Below the pieces are notes generated by a model. The model worked only from the letters and a program-made list of their open reading frames with translations, was not told the origin of the DNA and searched no databases. A program made the translations under genes and the position numbers. From Salinivirgaceae bacterium (GTDB taxonomy: Bacteria; Bacteroidota; Bacteroidia; Bacteroidales; SZUA-534), in NCBI GenBank assembly GCA_024405635.1, contig JAKSOL010000004.1:32001-96000 (forward strand): DNA of 64,000 nucleotides, read 5' to 3'. Shown here piece by piece: positions 1 to 10,946 of this stretch. Positions within the stretch are counted from its first letter, which is position 1. Each line of letters starts with the position of its first letter.

Positions 1-502
1 GACGATTTTTTTCGGCCAACTCGCGGTGTTGCATGTTCAGGCTCGAGTCAAGTGCAATCAATGTTTCGTCGCGCTCGTCAAGTTCGTTTTGTTTCTTCTC
101 AAGTGCACGTTCTTTTTCAAGCAACTCTTGCTTTGTAACTTGTAGTTCGGTCATCAGTTGGCGAGTTTCGGCATCGTTGGCTTTAGCGGTTGCCTCGCTC
201 TCTTGGCTCATGTCTTCGTACATGGTTTTAAAAACCTTGTATTGCTTGCGGTAGTAGTTAGCCGAGTCTTTAAGCGTGGTTTTGGTGTCAGCCTCGCGTT
301 GCAGTTTTTTGTTTAGCTCTTCAACTTCGGCCTCAAGTTCGGTTGTTTTAACGGTAAGGTCTTCGTTTTGGCTTTTAACCGAGTCGCGTTCGGCCACAAT
401 GGCTTGGTTTTTCTCTTTCAGTTCCTGAAATTGTCGCGATGGTACGCAAGCTACCAAACTAGTGGCGGCTATTGCTATCAAAATCGATTTTCTGCTAATC
501 AT
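1..502 (-). CDS. Partial lipoprotein with long coiled coil, probably the N-terminus of a Bacteroidetes OmpA/MotB-family protein (runs off window)
   Basis: Manual translation from ATG at 502: MISRKSILIAIAATSLVACVPSRQFQELKEKNQ..., with lipobox LVAC followed by a heptad-rich E/K/Q region; open to window edge; not in ORF track. Confidence 0.6.
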   Translation of the reverse strand, partial: MISRKSILIAIAATSLVACVPSRQFQELKEKNQAIVAERDSVKSQNEDLTVKTTELEAEVEELNKKLQREADTKTTLKDSANYYRKQYKVFKTMYEDMSQESEATAKANDAETRQLMTELQVTKQELLEKERALEKKQNELDERDETLIALDSSLNMQHRELAEKNR

Positions 503-689
503 TTTTTTAAGCGGTTTATTTCAAATATATGTTGCGAATATGGCTTAAAATGATGCGATTAAAACGCATGTGAGGCAGCACTTTTCAACACTTGATTGTT
601 GTTAAAAAACGGTAGAAAACTGCGTTGGTCAAAATTGGCTAAACCGCGGGCTATTGGTTAGATTTGGCAATAATAAAAATCAAAAAAAA

Positions 690-3302
690 GTGGCTGCAGA
701 AAAAACACCATTAATGAGCCAGTATAACCAAATTAAGGCGGCTCATCCCGATGCTATTTTATTGTTCAGAGTAGGCGATTTTTACGAAACATTTGCCGAC
801 GATGCCATTAAAACATCGCGCATCTTGAATATTACACTTACCAAACGATCGAATGGTGGCGCAGCCGAAGTACCGTTGGCTGGTTTTCCGTATCATGCTC
901 TCGACACTTACTTGCCAAAACTTGTCCGCGCTGGCGAGCGTGTGGCTATTTGCGAGCAAATGGAAGATCCTAAACTGACCAAAACATTGGTTAAACGTGA
1001 GGTTACCGAACTGGTTACGCCGGGTGTCTCAACTAACGACAACATTCTTGAAAACCGCGAGAACAACTTCCTTGCATCGGTTTCGTTTAGCAAAACCGAC
1101 CTTGGGGTGGCTTTTCTTGATATTTCAACTGGCGAGTTTTATGCAGCCGAGGGTAGCGAAGATTACATTGTGAAACTGGTGCAAAGTTTCCGCCCAAAAG
1201 AGATTATTTACGAGCGAAGCCGCAAAACCAAAATGCAGGAATTGTTTGGTTTTGGTTACTACATTTATGCTATCGACGATTGGGTTTTTACTGAACAAGC
1301 TGCTACCGACCGACTACTGAAACATTTTCAAACACAGTCACTTAAAGGCTTTGGACTCGATAAACAAACCATGGCTGTGGTGGCTGCGGGAGCAGTGTTG
1401 CATTATCTTGACCAAACTCAACATACCCAAATAGGCAACATTACCAGTTTGAGCCGCATTGTCGAAAACGAGTACGTTTGGCTCGACCGTTTCACCATTC
1501 GCAACCTCGAGATTTTTAATCCACTTAACGAAGACGGCCACAGCCTTATCGACATTATCGACAACACCATTACGCCAATGGGTTCGCGTATGCTGAAACG
1601 CTGGGTGTCGTTGCCATTGCGCAACATTAAAGCTATAAACGAGCGCCTTGATGTTACTCGCTATTTTGTTGATAACGAGTTGGCTAAACAACAACTTGAA
1701 CCGCAACTTAAAAGCGTTGGCGACCTTGAGCGTTTGGTGTCAAAAGTGCCTTCGGGTCGCATCAATCCACGCGAAATGTTGGCGCTTAAACAAGCTTTAC
1801 ACGCTGTTGAGCCAATTCGCCAATTGTGCCTTCAATCGGGGCTAAATTCGCTAAAAGCCATAGGCGAACAACTAAATCCCTGCAGCTCAATTCTACAACG
1901 CATCGATAACGAAATTTGTGCCGATGCACCAATTCAAATTGCTAAAGGTCAGGTAATTAACACTGGTGTAAATGCCGAACTTGACGAGTTGCGTAACATT
2001 GCCTTTTCAAGTAAAGACTATTTGCTCGAAATTCAGCAACGCGAGAGTGTTAACACAGGAATATCTTCGCTAAAAATAAGCTACAACAACGTGTTTGGCT
2101 ACTACATTGAGGTTCGCAACACTTACAAAGATAAAGTGCCAGCCGATTGGATTCGCAAACAAACTCTTGCTAATGCCGAGCGTTACATCACCCCTGAGTT
2201 GAAAGAGTACGAGGACAAAATATTGGGTGCCGAGGAAAAGATTTTGGCTCTTGAAACAAAAATGTTTGCCGATTTGGTTTTTGCTGTTTCCGAATACATT
2301 TCGGCCATTCAGCTTGATGCCTCGCTTATTTCGCGGCTCGATTGCCTAATGTCGTTTGCTACAACTGCCAAACTGCACAACTATTGCCAACCTGTGGTTG
2401 ACGATAGCCGAACTTTTGAGATTGTTGAGGGTCGCCACCCAGTTATTGAAACTCAAATGCGCCCTGGTCAAGAGTATGTGTCAAACAACGTTATGCTTAA
2501 CGACGACGACCAACAGATTATTATTATAACTGGACCAAACATGGCTGGTAAATCGGCCTTGCTGCGACAAACGGCGCTTATAGTGTTGCTGGCGCAAGTT
2601 GGCTCGTTTGTGCCAGCGCAAGCAGTTCACATTGGCTACATTAACCGCATCTTTACGCGCGTTGGTGCATCCGATAACATATCGGTTGGCGAATCAACTT
2701 TTATGGTTGAGATGAACGAGGCGGCTAGCATTTTGAACAACATCGATGAGCGCAGCCTTATTCTGCTCGACGAACTTGGTAGAGGCACTTCAACCTACGA
2801 CGGAATAAGCATTGCGTGGGCCATTGTTGAGTTTATTCACGACCACCCTAAACATCGCGCTAAAACATTGTTTGCTACTCATTATCACGAACTTAACGAG
2901 ATGCAGGACCAGTTTGCCCGCATTAAAAACTTTAATGTTTCGGTTAAGGAGATTGATAACAAAGTGCTTTTCTTGCGCAAGTTGGTTCCCGGTGGAAGCG
3001 CTCACAGCTTTGGTATTCATGTGGCTCGAATGGCTGGCATGCCTCGCAGTGTGGTTAATAGAGCCGAAAAAATTCTACAATCGCTTGAGCAGTTGCACAA
3101 AGACGACAAGGCTACAGCTAACAGCAAAAAATCGCCATCAAATGTCAATTCGGCCGATGGAATGCAGCTGAGTTTCTTCCAACTCGATGACCCTGTTTTA
3201 AGTCAAATTCGTGACGAGATTCGCGACCTTGACATTAATAACCTCACACCTATTGAGGCTCTTAACAAACTAAACGACATAAAACGAATAACAGGTTTGT
3301 AA
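690..3302 (+). CDS. mutS: DNA mismatch repair protein MutS
   Basis: [16 protein letters not shown]-terminus, Walker [26 protein letters not shown]; probable start GTG 690 (ORF track starts at 654). Confidence 0.97.
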   Translation: MAAEKTPLMSQYNQIKAAHPDAILLFRVGDFYETFADDAIKTSRILNITLTKRSNGGAAEVPLAGFPYHALDTYLPKLVRAGERVAICEQMEDPKLTKTLVKREVTELVTPGVSTNDNILENRENNFLASVSFSKTDLGVAFLDISTGEFYAAEGSEDYIVKLVQSFRPKEIIYERSRKTKMQELFGFGYYIYAIDDWVFTEQAATDRLLKHFQTQSLKGFGLDKQTMAVVAAGAVLHYLDQTQHTQIGNITSLSRIVENEYVWLDRFTIRNLEIFNPLNEDGHSLIDIIDNTITPMGSRMLKRWVSLPLRNIKAINERLDVTRYFVDNELAKQQLEPQLKSVGDLERLVSKVPSGRINPREMLALKQALHAVEPIRQLCLQSGLNSLKAIGEQLNPCSSILQRIDNEICADAPIQIAKGQVINTGVNAELDELRNIAFSSKDYLLEIQQRESVNTGISSLKISYNNVFGYYIEVRNTYKDKVPADWIRKQTLANAERYITPELKEYEDKILGAEEKILALETKMFADLVFAVSEYISAIQLDASLISRLDCLMSFATTAKLHNYCQPVVDDSRTFEIVEGRHPVIETQMRPGQEYVSNNVMLNDDDQQIIIITGPNMAGKSALLRQTALIVLLAQVGSFVPAQAVHIGYINRIFTRVGASDNISVGESTFMVEMNEAASILNNIDERSLILLDELGRGTSTYDGISIAWAIVEFIHDHPKHRAKTLFATHYHELNEMQDQFARIKNFNVSVKEIDNKVLFLRKLVPGGSAHSFGIHVARMAGMPRSVVNRAEKILQSLEQLHKDDKATANSKKSPSNVNSADGMQLSFFQLDDPVLSQIRDEIRDLDINNLTPIEALNKLNDIKRITGL

Positions 3303-3338
3303 GCCTTTGCAAGCTGTTGAATTGTTAAACTACACAAA

Positions 3339-3379
3339 AAACCGCCAACAACCTCATTTTGCTCGGTTGCTGGCGGTTT
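3339..3379. terminator. Probable bidirectional intrinsic terminator between convergent mutS and symporter
   Basis: AAACCGCCAACAACC / GGTTGCTGGCGGTTT inverted repeat (14/15) flanked by A/T runs. Confidence 0.65.
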
Positions 3380-3536
3380 AAGTATTGTTATTTCTTCAAT
3401 ATCTGATTTTGAATTGCTATGCTTGCAAATACAAACTCAGAATACCGTTTTCTGCTTTCTTACATCTGTTGCACAAGTTCATACTCAACTTGGTGGGTTG
3501 GTTTTTGAGAAAATAGGCAGAATAAATAGGAGAATA

Positions 3537-5225
3537 CTATTCGTGAATTTTCCTAATCATCTTGCGCTCGTAAGTGTCAATTTCGTTCTTCATTTCGCGG
3601 TGAAGTATGAGCAAGCCAATTAAGTTTGGAACCGACATTAGAACAATGCCAATTGAAGCAATGCTCCACACAATGGTTGTATCGGTAAACGAGCCTACAA
3701 AAAATCCAGCAACATAAAGTAATCTAAAAGGCGTAATGGCCTTTGTGCCAAAAATGAACGATGCAGCGCGGTCGCCGTAGTAGCACCATGCAATGCTGGT
3801 TGAAAAAGCAAACAACAACAGCGACAGTGCAACAATAAATTCGCCTGCTTTGCCAAACCAACTTGAAGCAAAGGCGCGTATGGTAAGGGCTGCGCTATGC
3901 ACTAGCGATTTGCCGCGAAGTTTAATAATCTCGCCTTCGGTGGTGCGAAGGTGGGCTTTGCCATTTTTTACGGTTATTTCTCCAGTGTATGGTTTGTTGC
4001 GCAAAAGAGCATTTACGTTTTCGGCTACCGATTGGGCATGAATAAACGTAACGTTAGGTGTGCTTATTTGTCCGTTTTCAACCACAATGTTACCATTAAA
4101 AAGGTTGGTGCCGTTGCGCAAAACCTCGGCAGTTTGTTCGGTGTCAGAAAAATTTCCGTTAAGCACCAAAAGGTCGGTTTGCTGAAAAGTGTTTTCAAAC
4201 TTTTGTTTCCACACTCCCGACGACACAATCATTGTGCCTGTGAGCATGCAAATAATAATGGTGTCGATAAAAGGCTCTAACAAAGCTACCAGACCTTCGG
4301 CTGCTGGTTCGGTGCATCGTGCAGCAGCGTGCGCAATTGGTGCCGAACCTTGACCAGCTTCGTTGCTGAAAAGTCCGCGCGCTACTCCTTTGGTTAGTGC
4401 AAACGAAACCGATGCCCCTAAAAATCCGCCGCTTACTGCCGAACCGGTAAAAGCATCGGTAAAAATTGAGCAAATACCTGGAATTAAATTGTCGATGTGA
4501 TAAATAATAACCACCAGAGCACCAATGAAATAGGCTATGCCCATAAACGGTACAAGCTTTTCGGTAACCTGCACAATGCGCCTAATGCCGCCAAGCACAA
4601 CCACTGCAAGCAGGCAGGCTAGTACTGCGCCTACAAGCATTTCGGGCAAGTTAAAAGCATTTCGCATCGACGATGCTATGCTGTTTATTTGAGGTAAGCA
4701 ACCTGTGCCAAATGCGCCAATAAGTGTAAAAACCGAAAAGGCTATGGCTAGCCATTTACCAGTGTTTATGGTTCGCTTATTCAGTTTTATGTTCAATCGT
4801 TTTTGCATGTAGTACATTGGTCCACCAGCCATTGTGCCGTCGGGCAGTTTTTCGCGATACTTGTGCGATAGCGTAACTTCAACAAACTTGGTTGACATAC
4901 CAATGGCGGCTGTAATCATCATCCAAAATAATGCGGCTGGGCCTCCAAGGTGAATAGCCAAAGCAACGCCTGCAATGTTGCCTGTGCCAACTGTGCCCGA
5001 TAGGGCTGTTGTAAGTGCCTGGAAATGTGAAGCATCGCCGTCCGATTGCTCATTATCAAACCGCCCGCGTGCCACTTTTATCGCGTGTTTGAAATAGCGT
5101 ATTTGTGGAAATTTAAGGTAGATGGTAAAGAATAAGCCTGTTCCTATTAGTAATGCAATAAACAGAGGATGGCTACTTAAATAAGCATCGGTAGCGGTTA
5201 TAAAGTTGGCAATAAAGTGCATCAA
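3537..5225 (-). CDS. Alanine/glycine:cation symporter (AGCS/AlsT family)
   Basis: GTVGTGNIAGVA, GGPAALFWM, GGPMYY, RGLFSNEAGQGSAPIAHA motifs; many TM helices. Confidence 0.93.
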   Translation of the reverse strand: MMHFIANFITATDAYLSSHPLFIALLIGTGLFFTIYLKFPQIRYFKHAIKVARGRFDNEQSDGDASHFQALTTALSGTVGTGNIAGVALAIHLGGPAALFWMMITAAIGMSTKFVEVTLSHKYREKLPDGTMAGGPMYYMQKRLNIKLNKRTINTGKWLAIAFSVFTLIGAFGTGCLPQINSIASSMRNAFNLPEMLVGAVLACLLAVVVLGGIRRIVQVTEKLVPFMGIAYFIGALVVIIYHIDNLIPGICSIFTDAFTGSAVSGGFLGASVSFALTKGVARGLFSNEAGQGSAPIAHAAARCTEPAAEGLVALLEPFIDTIIICMLTGTMIVSSGVWKQKFENTFQQTDLLVLNGNFSDTEQTAEVLRNGTNLFNGNIVVENGQISTPNVTFIHAQSVAENVNALLRNKPYTGEITVKNGKAHLRTTEGEIIKLRGKSLVHSAALTIRAFASSWFGKAGEFIVALSLLLFAFSTSIAWCYYGDRAASFIFGTKAITPFRLLYVAGFFVGSFTDTTIVWSIASIGIVLMSVPNLIGLLILHREMKNEIDTYERKMIRKIHE

Positions 5226-5253
5226 TTACTTTTTTTATTAGTCAGCAAAACTG

Positions 5254-6684
5254 TTACATAATCAGTTCGTCGCGGTTTGCATCAAGTTTAATCAGGATAA
5301 AGAGTAGGAAAGTGAATCCCCAAAGTGACGAGCCTCCGTAACTGAAAAATGGCAACGGAATACCAATAACAGGCGCAATGCCAATAGTCATACCAACATT
5401 TATTGCAACGTGGAAAAAGAATATTGCGGCCACGCAGTAGGCATAAATACGGCTGAATTTTGATTTTTGGCGTTCGGCAATGGCTACAATTTTTAGCAAA
5501 AGCCATAAGAAAAGAAGCAACACTATTGTTGTGCCAACAAATCCCCATTCTTCGCCAATGGTGCAAAAAATAAAGTCGGTACTTTGCTCGGGCACAAATT
5601 TGAATTTGGTTTGTGTGCCTTGCAAAAATCCTTTGCCCGAAAAACCACCTGAGCCAATGGCAATTTTCGATTGATTTACGTTATATCCAGCGCCTTGTGG
5701 GTCAAATTCAATGCCCAACACGTGATTTATACGAGTGCGTTGGTGGGGCGCAAGTATGTTGTTAAATGCGTAATCGACTGAAAAAGCTAGTGCTATAGAA
5801 GCTATTGTGAGCAGTATTATTCTGTATGTGTGGTTTAACTTGTGTTTGTAAGCGTGAATTAGGAAATAAGGAATTGGAATGCCAATGCCAATAGTAAATG
5901 GTAGCCAAAGCGGAGTTTCGTCAAAGCCCATTATTTGGATCAAAACAAGTAACGCCGCTCCACTTATTACGCATACAATGCCCACTCCAATCAATGTTTC
6001 TTTAAGCCTGTTGTAGTAAATGTGAAACAATACAAAACCAAGTAGGCTTATGATGATAATTACCGTGTGCGTTTCGAGTAAAAGCGATAATATGAAGAGT
6101 AAAACAAACCAAACGGCTAAACCAACGTAAATAATAGGCATTCCCTCGCGGAAAAAAGCAAGGTAAAGAGCAAAAAATACCAAAGCCGAACCTGTGTCGT
6201 TTTGTAATAATATGAATAAAGGAGAAAGAATAATTACAGCGGTTACAGTAAATAGCGATTTGAACGATTCGGGCTGAAAATCGTATCGCGACATTACTTT
6301 TGATAACACTAGTGCTGTAGATATTTTGGCAAACTCGGCAGGTTGAATTTTTACTGGGCCAAGTTCAATCCACGATTTTGCTCCATTCACCTCGCCGCCA
6401 ATCACAAGCGTTACCATAAGTAGCACTATTGAAATAATGTAAAACATTTCGGCAAAGGCAGAGTAGAATTTGCTATCGAGAATAAGAGCCAAAGTGGCCA
6501 AACCAATGGCAGTGCCTATCCACACAAGTTGGCGAACGTAGCGAGCATCAAAACTAAATCCTAGCGACGACTCGCTGTTGTACGATGCCGAATAAATGTT
6601 TATCCAGCCCAAAAACACGAGTACAAAATAAATTGCAACGGTTAGCCAGTCAACGTTCTTCAAAAAACTACTTCTTCTTTCCAT
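5254..6684 (-). CDS. rodA: Rod shape-determining SEDS protein RodA
   Basis: GAKSWI, IQPAEFAK, GYNVNQSKIAIGSGG, PEQSTDFIF, LPFFSYGGSS; downstream of mrdA. Confidence 0.95.
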   Translation of the reverse strand: MERRSSFLKNVDWLTVAIYFVLVFLGWINIYSASYNSESSLGFSFDARYVRQLVWIGTAIGLATLALILDSKFYSAFAEMFYIISIVLLMVTLVIGGEVNGAKSWIELGPVKIQPAEFAKISTALVLSKVMSRYDFQPESFKSLFTVTAVIILSPLFILLQNDTGSALVFFALYLAFFREGMPIIYVGLAVWFVLLFILSLLLETHTVIIIISLLGFVLFHIYYNRLKETLIGVGIVCVISGAALLVLIQIMGFDETPLWLPFTIGIGIPIPYFLIHAYKHKLNHTYRIILLTIASIALAFSVDYAFNNILAPHQRTRINHVLGIEFDPQGAGYNVNQSKIAIGSGGFSGKGFLQGTQTKFKFVPEQSTDFIFCTIGEEWGFVGTTIVLLLFLWLLLKIVAIAERQKSKFSRIYAYCVAAIFFFHVAINVGMTIGIAPVIGIPLPFFSYGGSSLWGFTFLLFILIKLDANRDELIM

Positions 6685-8503
6685 CGAGCAAATCGGCGTT
6701 TAGTATTCGTTGCTCCATCCATTGACGGGTAACGGTGTCGGTTAGGTATTTTTCTATCATCAAACTAGCAATTGGTGCGGCCCACGAGGCTCCAAAACCT
6801 GCATTTTCAACGTAAACCGAAATAGCAATTTTTGGATTTTCGCGCGGTGCAAAGGCCATAAAAATTGAGTGGTCTTTTCCGTGTGGGTTTTCGGCTGTAC
6901 CAGTTTTGCCGCACACTTCAATTCCTTTAATGGCAGCAACACCAGCAGTTCCGCCAGCTGGCGAGTTTACAGCCATATACATACCATCAATCACAGGGGC
7001 AAAGGTAACCGAGTCAACCATAGTTTGAATTTTGGTGCGATATTGCTCAAGTTTGCTGTCGCCCTCGCCGTTTATTTCTTTCACCACATGTGGGCGGTAG
7101 TAATAACCTCGGTTGGCTATTATTGATGCAAGGTTTGCCATTTGTATTGGGGTAAGCAAAATTTCGCCCTGACCAATCGATAACGAGATGATGTTTAGTG
7201 ACTTAACGTGTCCTTTACCATACACGCGTTCGTAGTAGTTGAACGATGGAATGTATCCTTTAACCTCGTAAGGCATGTCAATACCAAGTTTTTCGCCAAA
7301 TCCGAACGACGAAACGTAGTTACGCCAATGGTTATATGCCGAATCGATGCCACGGTAGCGTGGATTGTCAAGCATGTCGCGAAAAGCATAGGCAAAATAA
7401 GCGTTGCACGAGTGCTGAATTGCTTGCCTAACATCAAGTGGCGAGGCGTGTCCGTGGCAACCCATGTGAAATCGTCCAGATGTGTAACCGTAGTGACAAG
7501 GATAATATGTGCTTGCTGGGTTTATGTTTTTTTCTTGTAGTCCAATAAGAGCGTTTACAGTTTTGAATGTTGAGCCCGGAGGGTAGCGAGCTTGCAACGG
7601 ACGGCAAAACAACGGATTAAGAGGGTCGTTGCGTAATGTTTTGTAATTGGCCGATCGTTCGCGTCCAACTAGCAAGTCGGGGTTGTATGTGGGAGCCGAC
7701 ACTATGGCTAAAACCTCGCCAGTGCTTGGTTCAATGGCAACAATGCTGCCTATTTTGTTTGTCATCAACTTTTCGCCGTAGGCTTGCAACTCAGCATCAA
7801 TAGTCAATGTTATGTCGTCGCCATTTATGGCTAAAGTATCGTATCGGCCATGTTTGTATTGTCCTTTAATACGGTTGTGTACGTCAACCATAAAAATCTC
7901 AACACCTTTCTTTCCTCGCAAATCTTCCTCATAAAGCTTTTCAATGCCACTAATGCCAATGTAGTCGCCTTGGTTATAGTATTTGTCGGCTTTTGTTGTT
8001 TTTTCGTCAACCTCGCCAACATAACCAAAAGTGTGAGCAGCCATGTTTTGTGGGTAGCGGCGCAAACTACGGGTTTGGGTGTAAAAGCCTTTAAATTGAA
8101 ATAGGTATTCTTGAAAAGCGCCATACTCTTCGGCTGAAATCTGCTCCAAAAACACCGACGATTTGTAGTACGAATAACGTTTAGCCTTGCGTAGGCGTTG
8201 GTCAACCTGTTGTTTTGTAATGTTTAGTAGTGAGCAAAATAGCGCAGTGTCAAACTCGTGCAATTGGTTTGGCGTTACCATAAGGTCGTAGGCTGCTTGG
8301 TTATAAACCAAAAGTTCGCCATTTCGGTCATACATCAGTCCACGAGCAGGGTATTGCGTTACTCGGCGTAGCACATTGTTTGATGCCGATACTTTATATG
8401 ATTGGTCAATAACTTGCAGAAAAAACAACTTAACAATGTATGTAAGTACCATAAGTACAAACACACCGCTAATAATCAGTTTTCGCTGCGAGAATGGATT
8501 CAT
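6668..8503 (-). CDS. mrdA: Penicillin-binding protein 2
   Basis: PARG, YPPGSTFK (SxxK), SCN (SxN), KTGTAE; mre operon context. Confidence 0.95.
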   Translation of the reverse strand: MNPFSQRKLIISGVFVLMVLTYIVKLFFLQVIDQSYKVSASNNVLRRVTQYPARGLMYDRNGELLVYNQAAYDLMVTPNQLHEFDTALFCSLLNITKQQVDQRLRKAKRYSYYKSSVFLEQISAEEYGAFQEYLFQFKGFYTQTRSLRRYPQNMAAHTFGYVGEVDEKTTKADKYYNQGDYIGISGIEKLYEEDLRGKKGVEIFMVDVHNRIKGQYKHGRYDTLAINGDDITLTIDAELQAYGEKLMTNKIGSIVAIEPSTGEVLAIVSAPTYNPDLLVGRERSANYKTLRNDPLNPLFCRPLQARYPPGSTFKTVNALIGLQEKNINPASTYYPCHYGYTSGRFHMGCHGHASPLDVRQAIQHSCNAYFAYAFRDMLDNPRYRGIDSAYNHWRNYVSSFGFGEKLGIDMPYEVKGYIPSFNYYERVYGKGHVKSLNIISLSIGQGEILLTPIQMANLASIIANRGYYYRPHVVKEINGEGDSKLEQYRTKIQTMVDSVTFAPVIDGMYMAVNSPAGGTAGVAAIKGIEVCGKTGTAENPHGKDHSIFMAFAPRENPKIAISVYVENAGFGASWAAPIASLMIEKYLTDTVTRQWMEQRILNADLLDGKKK

Positions 8504-9012
8504 TTTGTCTTTTTAGCGGTTAAAAATTGGCTAAGTACCACCAAAAGCATTGTAAAAATTACACTCATCAAAGTGCGCCACAGCACAATGTGTAGTGCGT
8601 TTAATTTGAACACATCAATCAAAAACAAAAAGATGTGGTGTATAAGCACCATTATGGCACTATAGTTAAAGAACCATGCAAAACCAAATACTCTGATGTT
8701 TGGGGTAACATCGGGTTCAACACCATCGCGGGGCAGCAATCCAGCAAGCAACCAAGGACGTATAAACGCAGCAAACACGGTTGCCGAAGCATGTATTCCT
8801 GGAGTGTTGCAAAACATATCGATGCTGATGCCCATAAAAAACGATAAAATAAGGGATAACCAACCTGGAGTACCAAATGGTAGCATAATTACAAACAGAA
8901 TGTACAAATATGGGTTGATGTATCCTCCAAACTGAATTTGGTTAAGCACACCAACTTGTAGCAAAAGTAGGGCTACAAACCGTAGTATGTTGAATAGCAG
9001 CACATTATTCAT
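8500..9012 (-). CDS. mreD: Rod shape-determining protein MreD
   Basis: Hydrophobic protein with INPYLYILF and GISIDMF..TPGIHA between mreC and mrdA; probable ATG at 9012. Confidence 0.88.
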   Translation of the reverse strand: MNNVLLFNILRFVALLLLQVGVLNQIQFGGYINPYLYILFVIMLPFGTPGWLSLILSFFMGISIDMFCNTPGIHASATVFAAFIRPWLLAGLLPRDGVEPDVTPNIRVFGFAWFFNYSAIMVLIHHIFLFLIDVFKLNALHIVLWRTLMSVIFTMLLVVLSQFLTAKKTK

Positions 9013-9835
9013 TTCCAGAGTGCATTTCAAGTTCTAGTTGTTCATCGCGAAGCAAGTTTTTTATCACTTGCACGTTGCCAACACGTTTAAAATCAACGCT
9101 CAACTTTACACTAGCTACCATGAAGCCATTGGTTCCAACATTAAGCACAGTGTCAATAGTACCAATAAGCATACCTTTTGGAAAAATAGCTGAGTATCCA
9201 CTTGTAATCACAGTGTCGCCGCTGTGTACTTCAATGTGACTAGGCAAATCGTTAATGGCAGCATATTGGTAATTGTAGCCTTCCCACGATAGCGAGCCAA
9301 AATAACCGTTGGCTTTTAGCATTGCGCTAATGTTAAGGTTGGGATTAAGTACGCTTATAACCGATGCAAAATTATCTGAAGTCTCTTTAACCACTCCAAT
9401 AACACCGCTGGCCGACACAACTCCCATGCCTCGCTCAACTCCGTGCTTTTTGCCAACGTTAATAGTCAAAAAGTTGTTTGAGTTGTTTACCGAGTTGCTA
9501 ATAACTTGGCAGGGAATGTATTCGTATTGCTGAATGTAATTAGGATCTTTAACCAATTGGGCACTTACTGTATCGACTTTGTACGATATAAGTTCAACTG
9601 AACGAGCTTTGGCCAATTCGGCATTCAAAGCCTCGTTTTTATCACGTAACCCAATGTAGTTGTTTACTACCGAAAAGGCTTGATTAATGTTGCCCGCAAT
9701 TTTGGCCGACGAGTTGAGCGCACAAGTATGCTGATAGTTGTTGTAATGAACAACCAATGCCAGCGAAAAGCTCTCAATCAGCAGAAAAAGAATCACATAG
9801 TGGTTCCTGATAATGAAGTAGAGAAGGTTTTTCAT
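9005..9835 (-). CDS. mreC: Rod shape-determining protein MreC
   Basis: N-terminal TM, coiled coil, GDTVITSGYSAIFPKG; operon position. Confidence 0.93.
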   Translation of the reverse strand: MKNLLYFIIRNHYVILFLLIESFSLALVVHYNNYQHTCALNSSAKIAGNINQAFSVVNNYIGLRDKNEALNAELAKARSVELISYKVDTVSAQLVKDPNYIQQYEYIPCQVISNSVNNSNNFLTINVGKKHGVERGMGVVSASGVIGVVKETSDNFASVISVLNPNLNISAMLKANGYFGSLSWEGYNYQYAAINDLPSHIEVHSGDTVITSGYSAIFPKGMLIGTIDTVLNVGTNGFMVASVKLSVDFKRVGNVQVIKNLLRDEQLELEMHSGNE

Positions 9836-9861
9836 TTGTTAGCCAAAGGGGCAAGTGTGAA

Positions 9862-9901
9862 AAAAGAGCGCCCACATTGAAAAAATGTGGGCACCTCTTT
9901 T
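9862..9901 (-). terminator. Intergenic hairpin between mreB and mreC (partial terminator or stability element)
   Basis: AAAAGAG-GCCCACATT / AATGTGGGC-CTCTTTT inverted repeat, with T-run on minus strand. Confidence 0.5.
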
Positions 9902-9906
9902 GTTTA

Positions 9907-10932
9907 TTATTTCATTAAGAATTTGAAACGATGTGAGTTTTTGAGCGAAATGCCAGTTCCGCGAACCACGCAGTGCAATGGGTCTTCTGCCACATGGAAT
10001 GGAATTTTGGTCTTTTCGGTCAAACGTTTGTCCAAACCTCTCAACAAAGCGCCACCGCCGGTAAGATAAATTCCTTTGCGGAAAATATCGGCATACAACT
10101 CAGGTGGAGTGTGCTCCAAGGTTTGCATAATAGCTGTTTCAATTTTGCTTATTGAGCGATCCAAGCAGTGCGCAATTTCTTGGTACGATACTGGAATCTC
10201 AATAGGTAGTGCAGTCATTTGGTGAGGGCCGCGCACAACAAAATCTACAGGTGGCTCATCAAGTTGAGTCAATGCCGAACCAACTTGAAGTTTAATTTGC
10301 TCTGCTGTACGTTCGCTAATCTTAATGTTGTGTTGGTGACGCATATACTCTTGAATATCGCGTGTAAACTCATCGCCCGCAATACGAACCGACTCGTTCC
10401 ATACAATACCACCAAGCGACACAACAGCAATTTCAGTAGTACCACCACCAATATCAACCACCATGTTGCCCTCTGGAGCTTCAACGTCAACTCCCATACC
10501 AATTGCAGCAGCCATTGGCTCGTATATCATTAGCACCTCGCGGCCACCTGCGTGCTCCGAAGAGTCGCGCACAGCACGCATCTCAACCTCAGTTGAACCT
10601 GATGGGATGCAGATAACAATCTTAAGTGCTGGTGTGAACAAAGGTGTTTTGTTTTTGTTCACCATTTTAATCATGCCGCGAATCATTTTTTCGGCAGCAT
10701 CAAAGTCGGCAATCACGCCATCGCGCAAAGGCCTAATGGTTTTTATGCCATCGTGTGTTTTGTCTTGCATCAACTTGGCCTCGTTACCAATGGCAATAAC
10801 CTTTCCGGTCATCGACTCAATGGCTACAATTGAAGGTTCGTCAACTACAATTTTATCGTTGTGTATAATAATTGTGTTGGCTGTTCCAAGGTCAATTGCA
10901 AGTTCCTGTGTTAGAAACGAAAACAATCCCAT
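9907..10932 (-). CDS. mreB: Rod shape-determining actin homolog MreB
   Basis: IDLGTANT, RPLRDGVIADF, EPMAAAIG, DIGGGTTE, LTGGGALL. Confidence 0.97.
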   Translation of the reverse strand: MGLFSFLTQELAIDLGTANTIIIHNDKIVVDEPSIVAIESMTGKVIAIGNEAKLMQDKTHDGIKTIRPLRDGVIADFDAAEKMIRGMIKMVNKNKTPLFTPALKIVICIPSGSTEVEMRAVRDSSEHAGGREVLMIYEPMAAAIGMGVDVEAPEGNMVVDIGGGTTEIAVVSLGGIVWNESVRIAGDEFTRDIQEYMRHQHNIKISERTAEQIKLQVGSALTQLDEPPVDFVVRGPHQMTALPIEIPVSYQEIAHCLDRSISKIETAIMQTLEHTPPELYADIFRKGIYLTGGGALLRGLDKRLTEKTKIPFHVAEDPLHCVVRGTGISLKNSHRFKFLMK

Positions 10933-10946
10933 TGCTATAAATTATT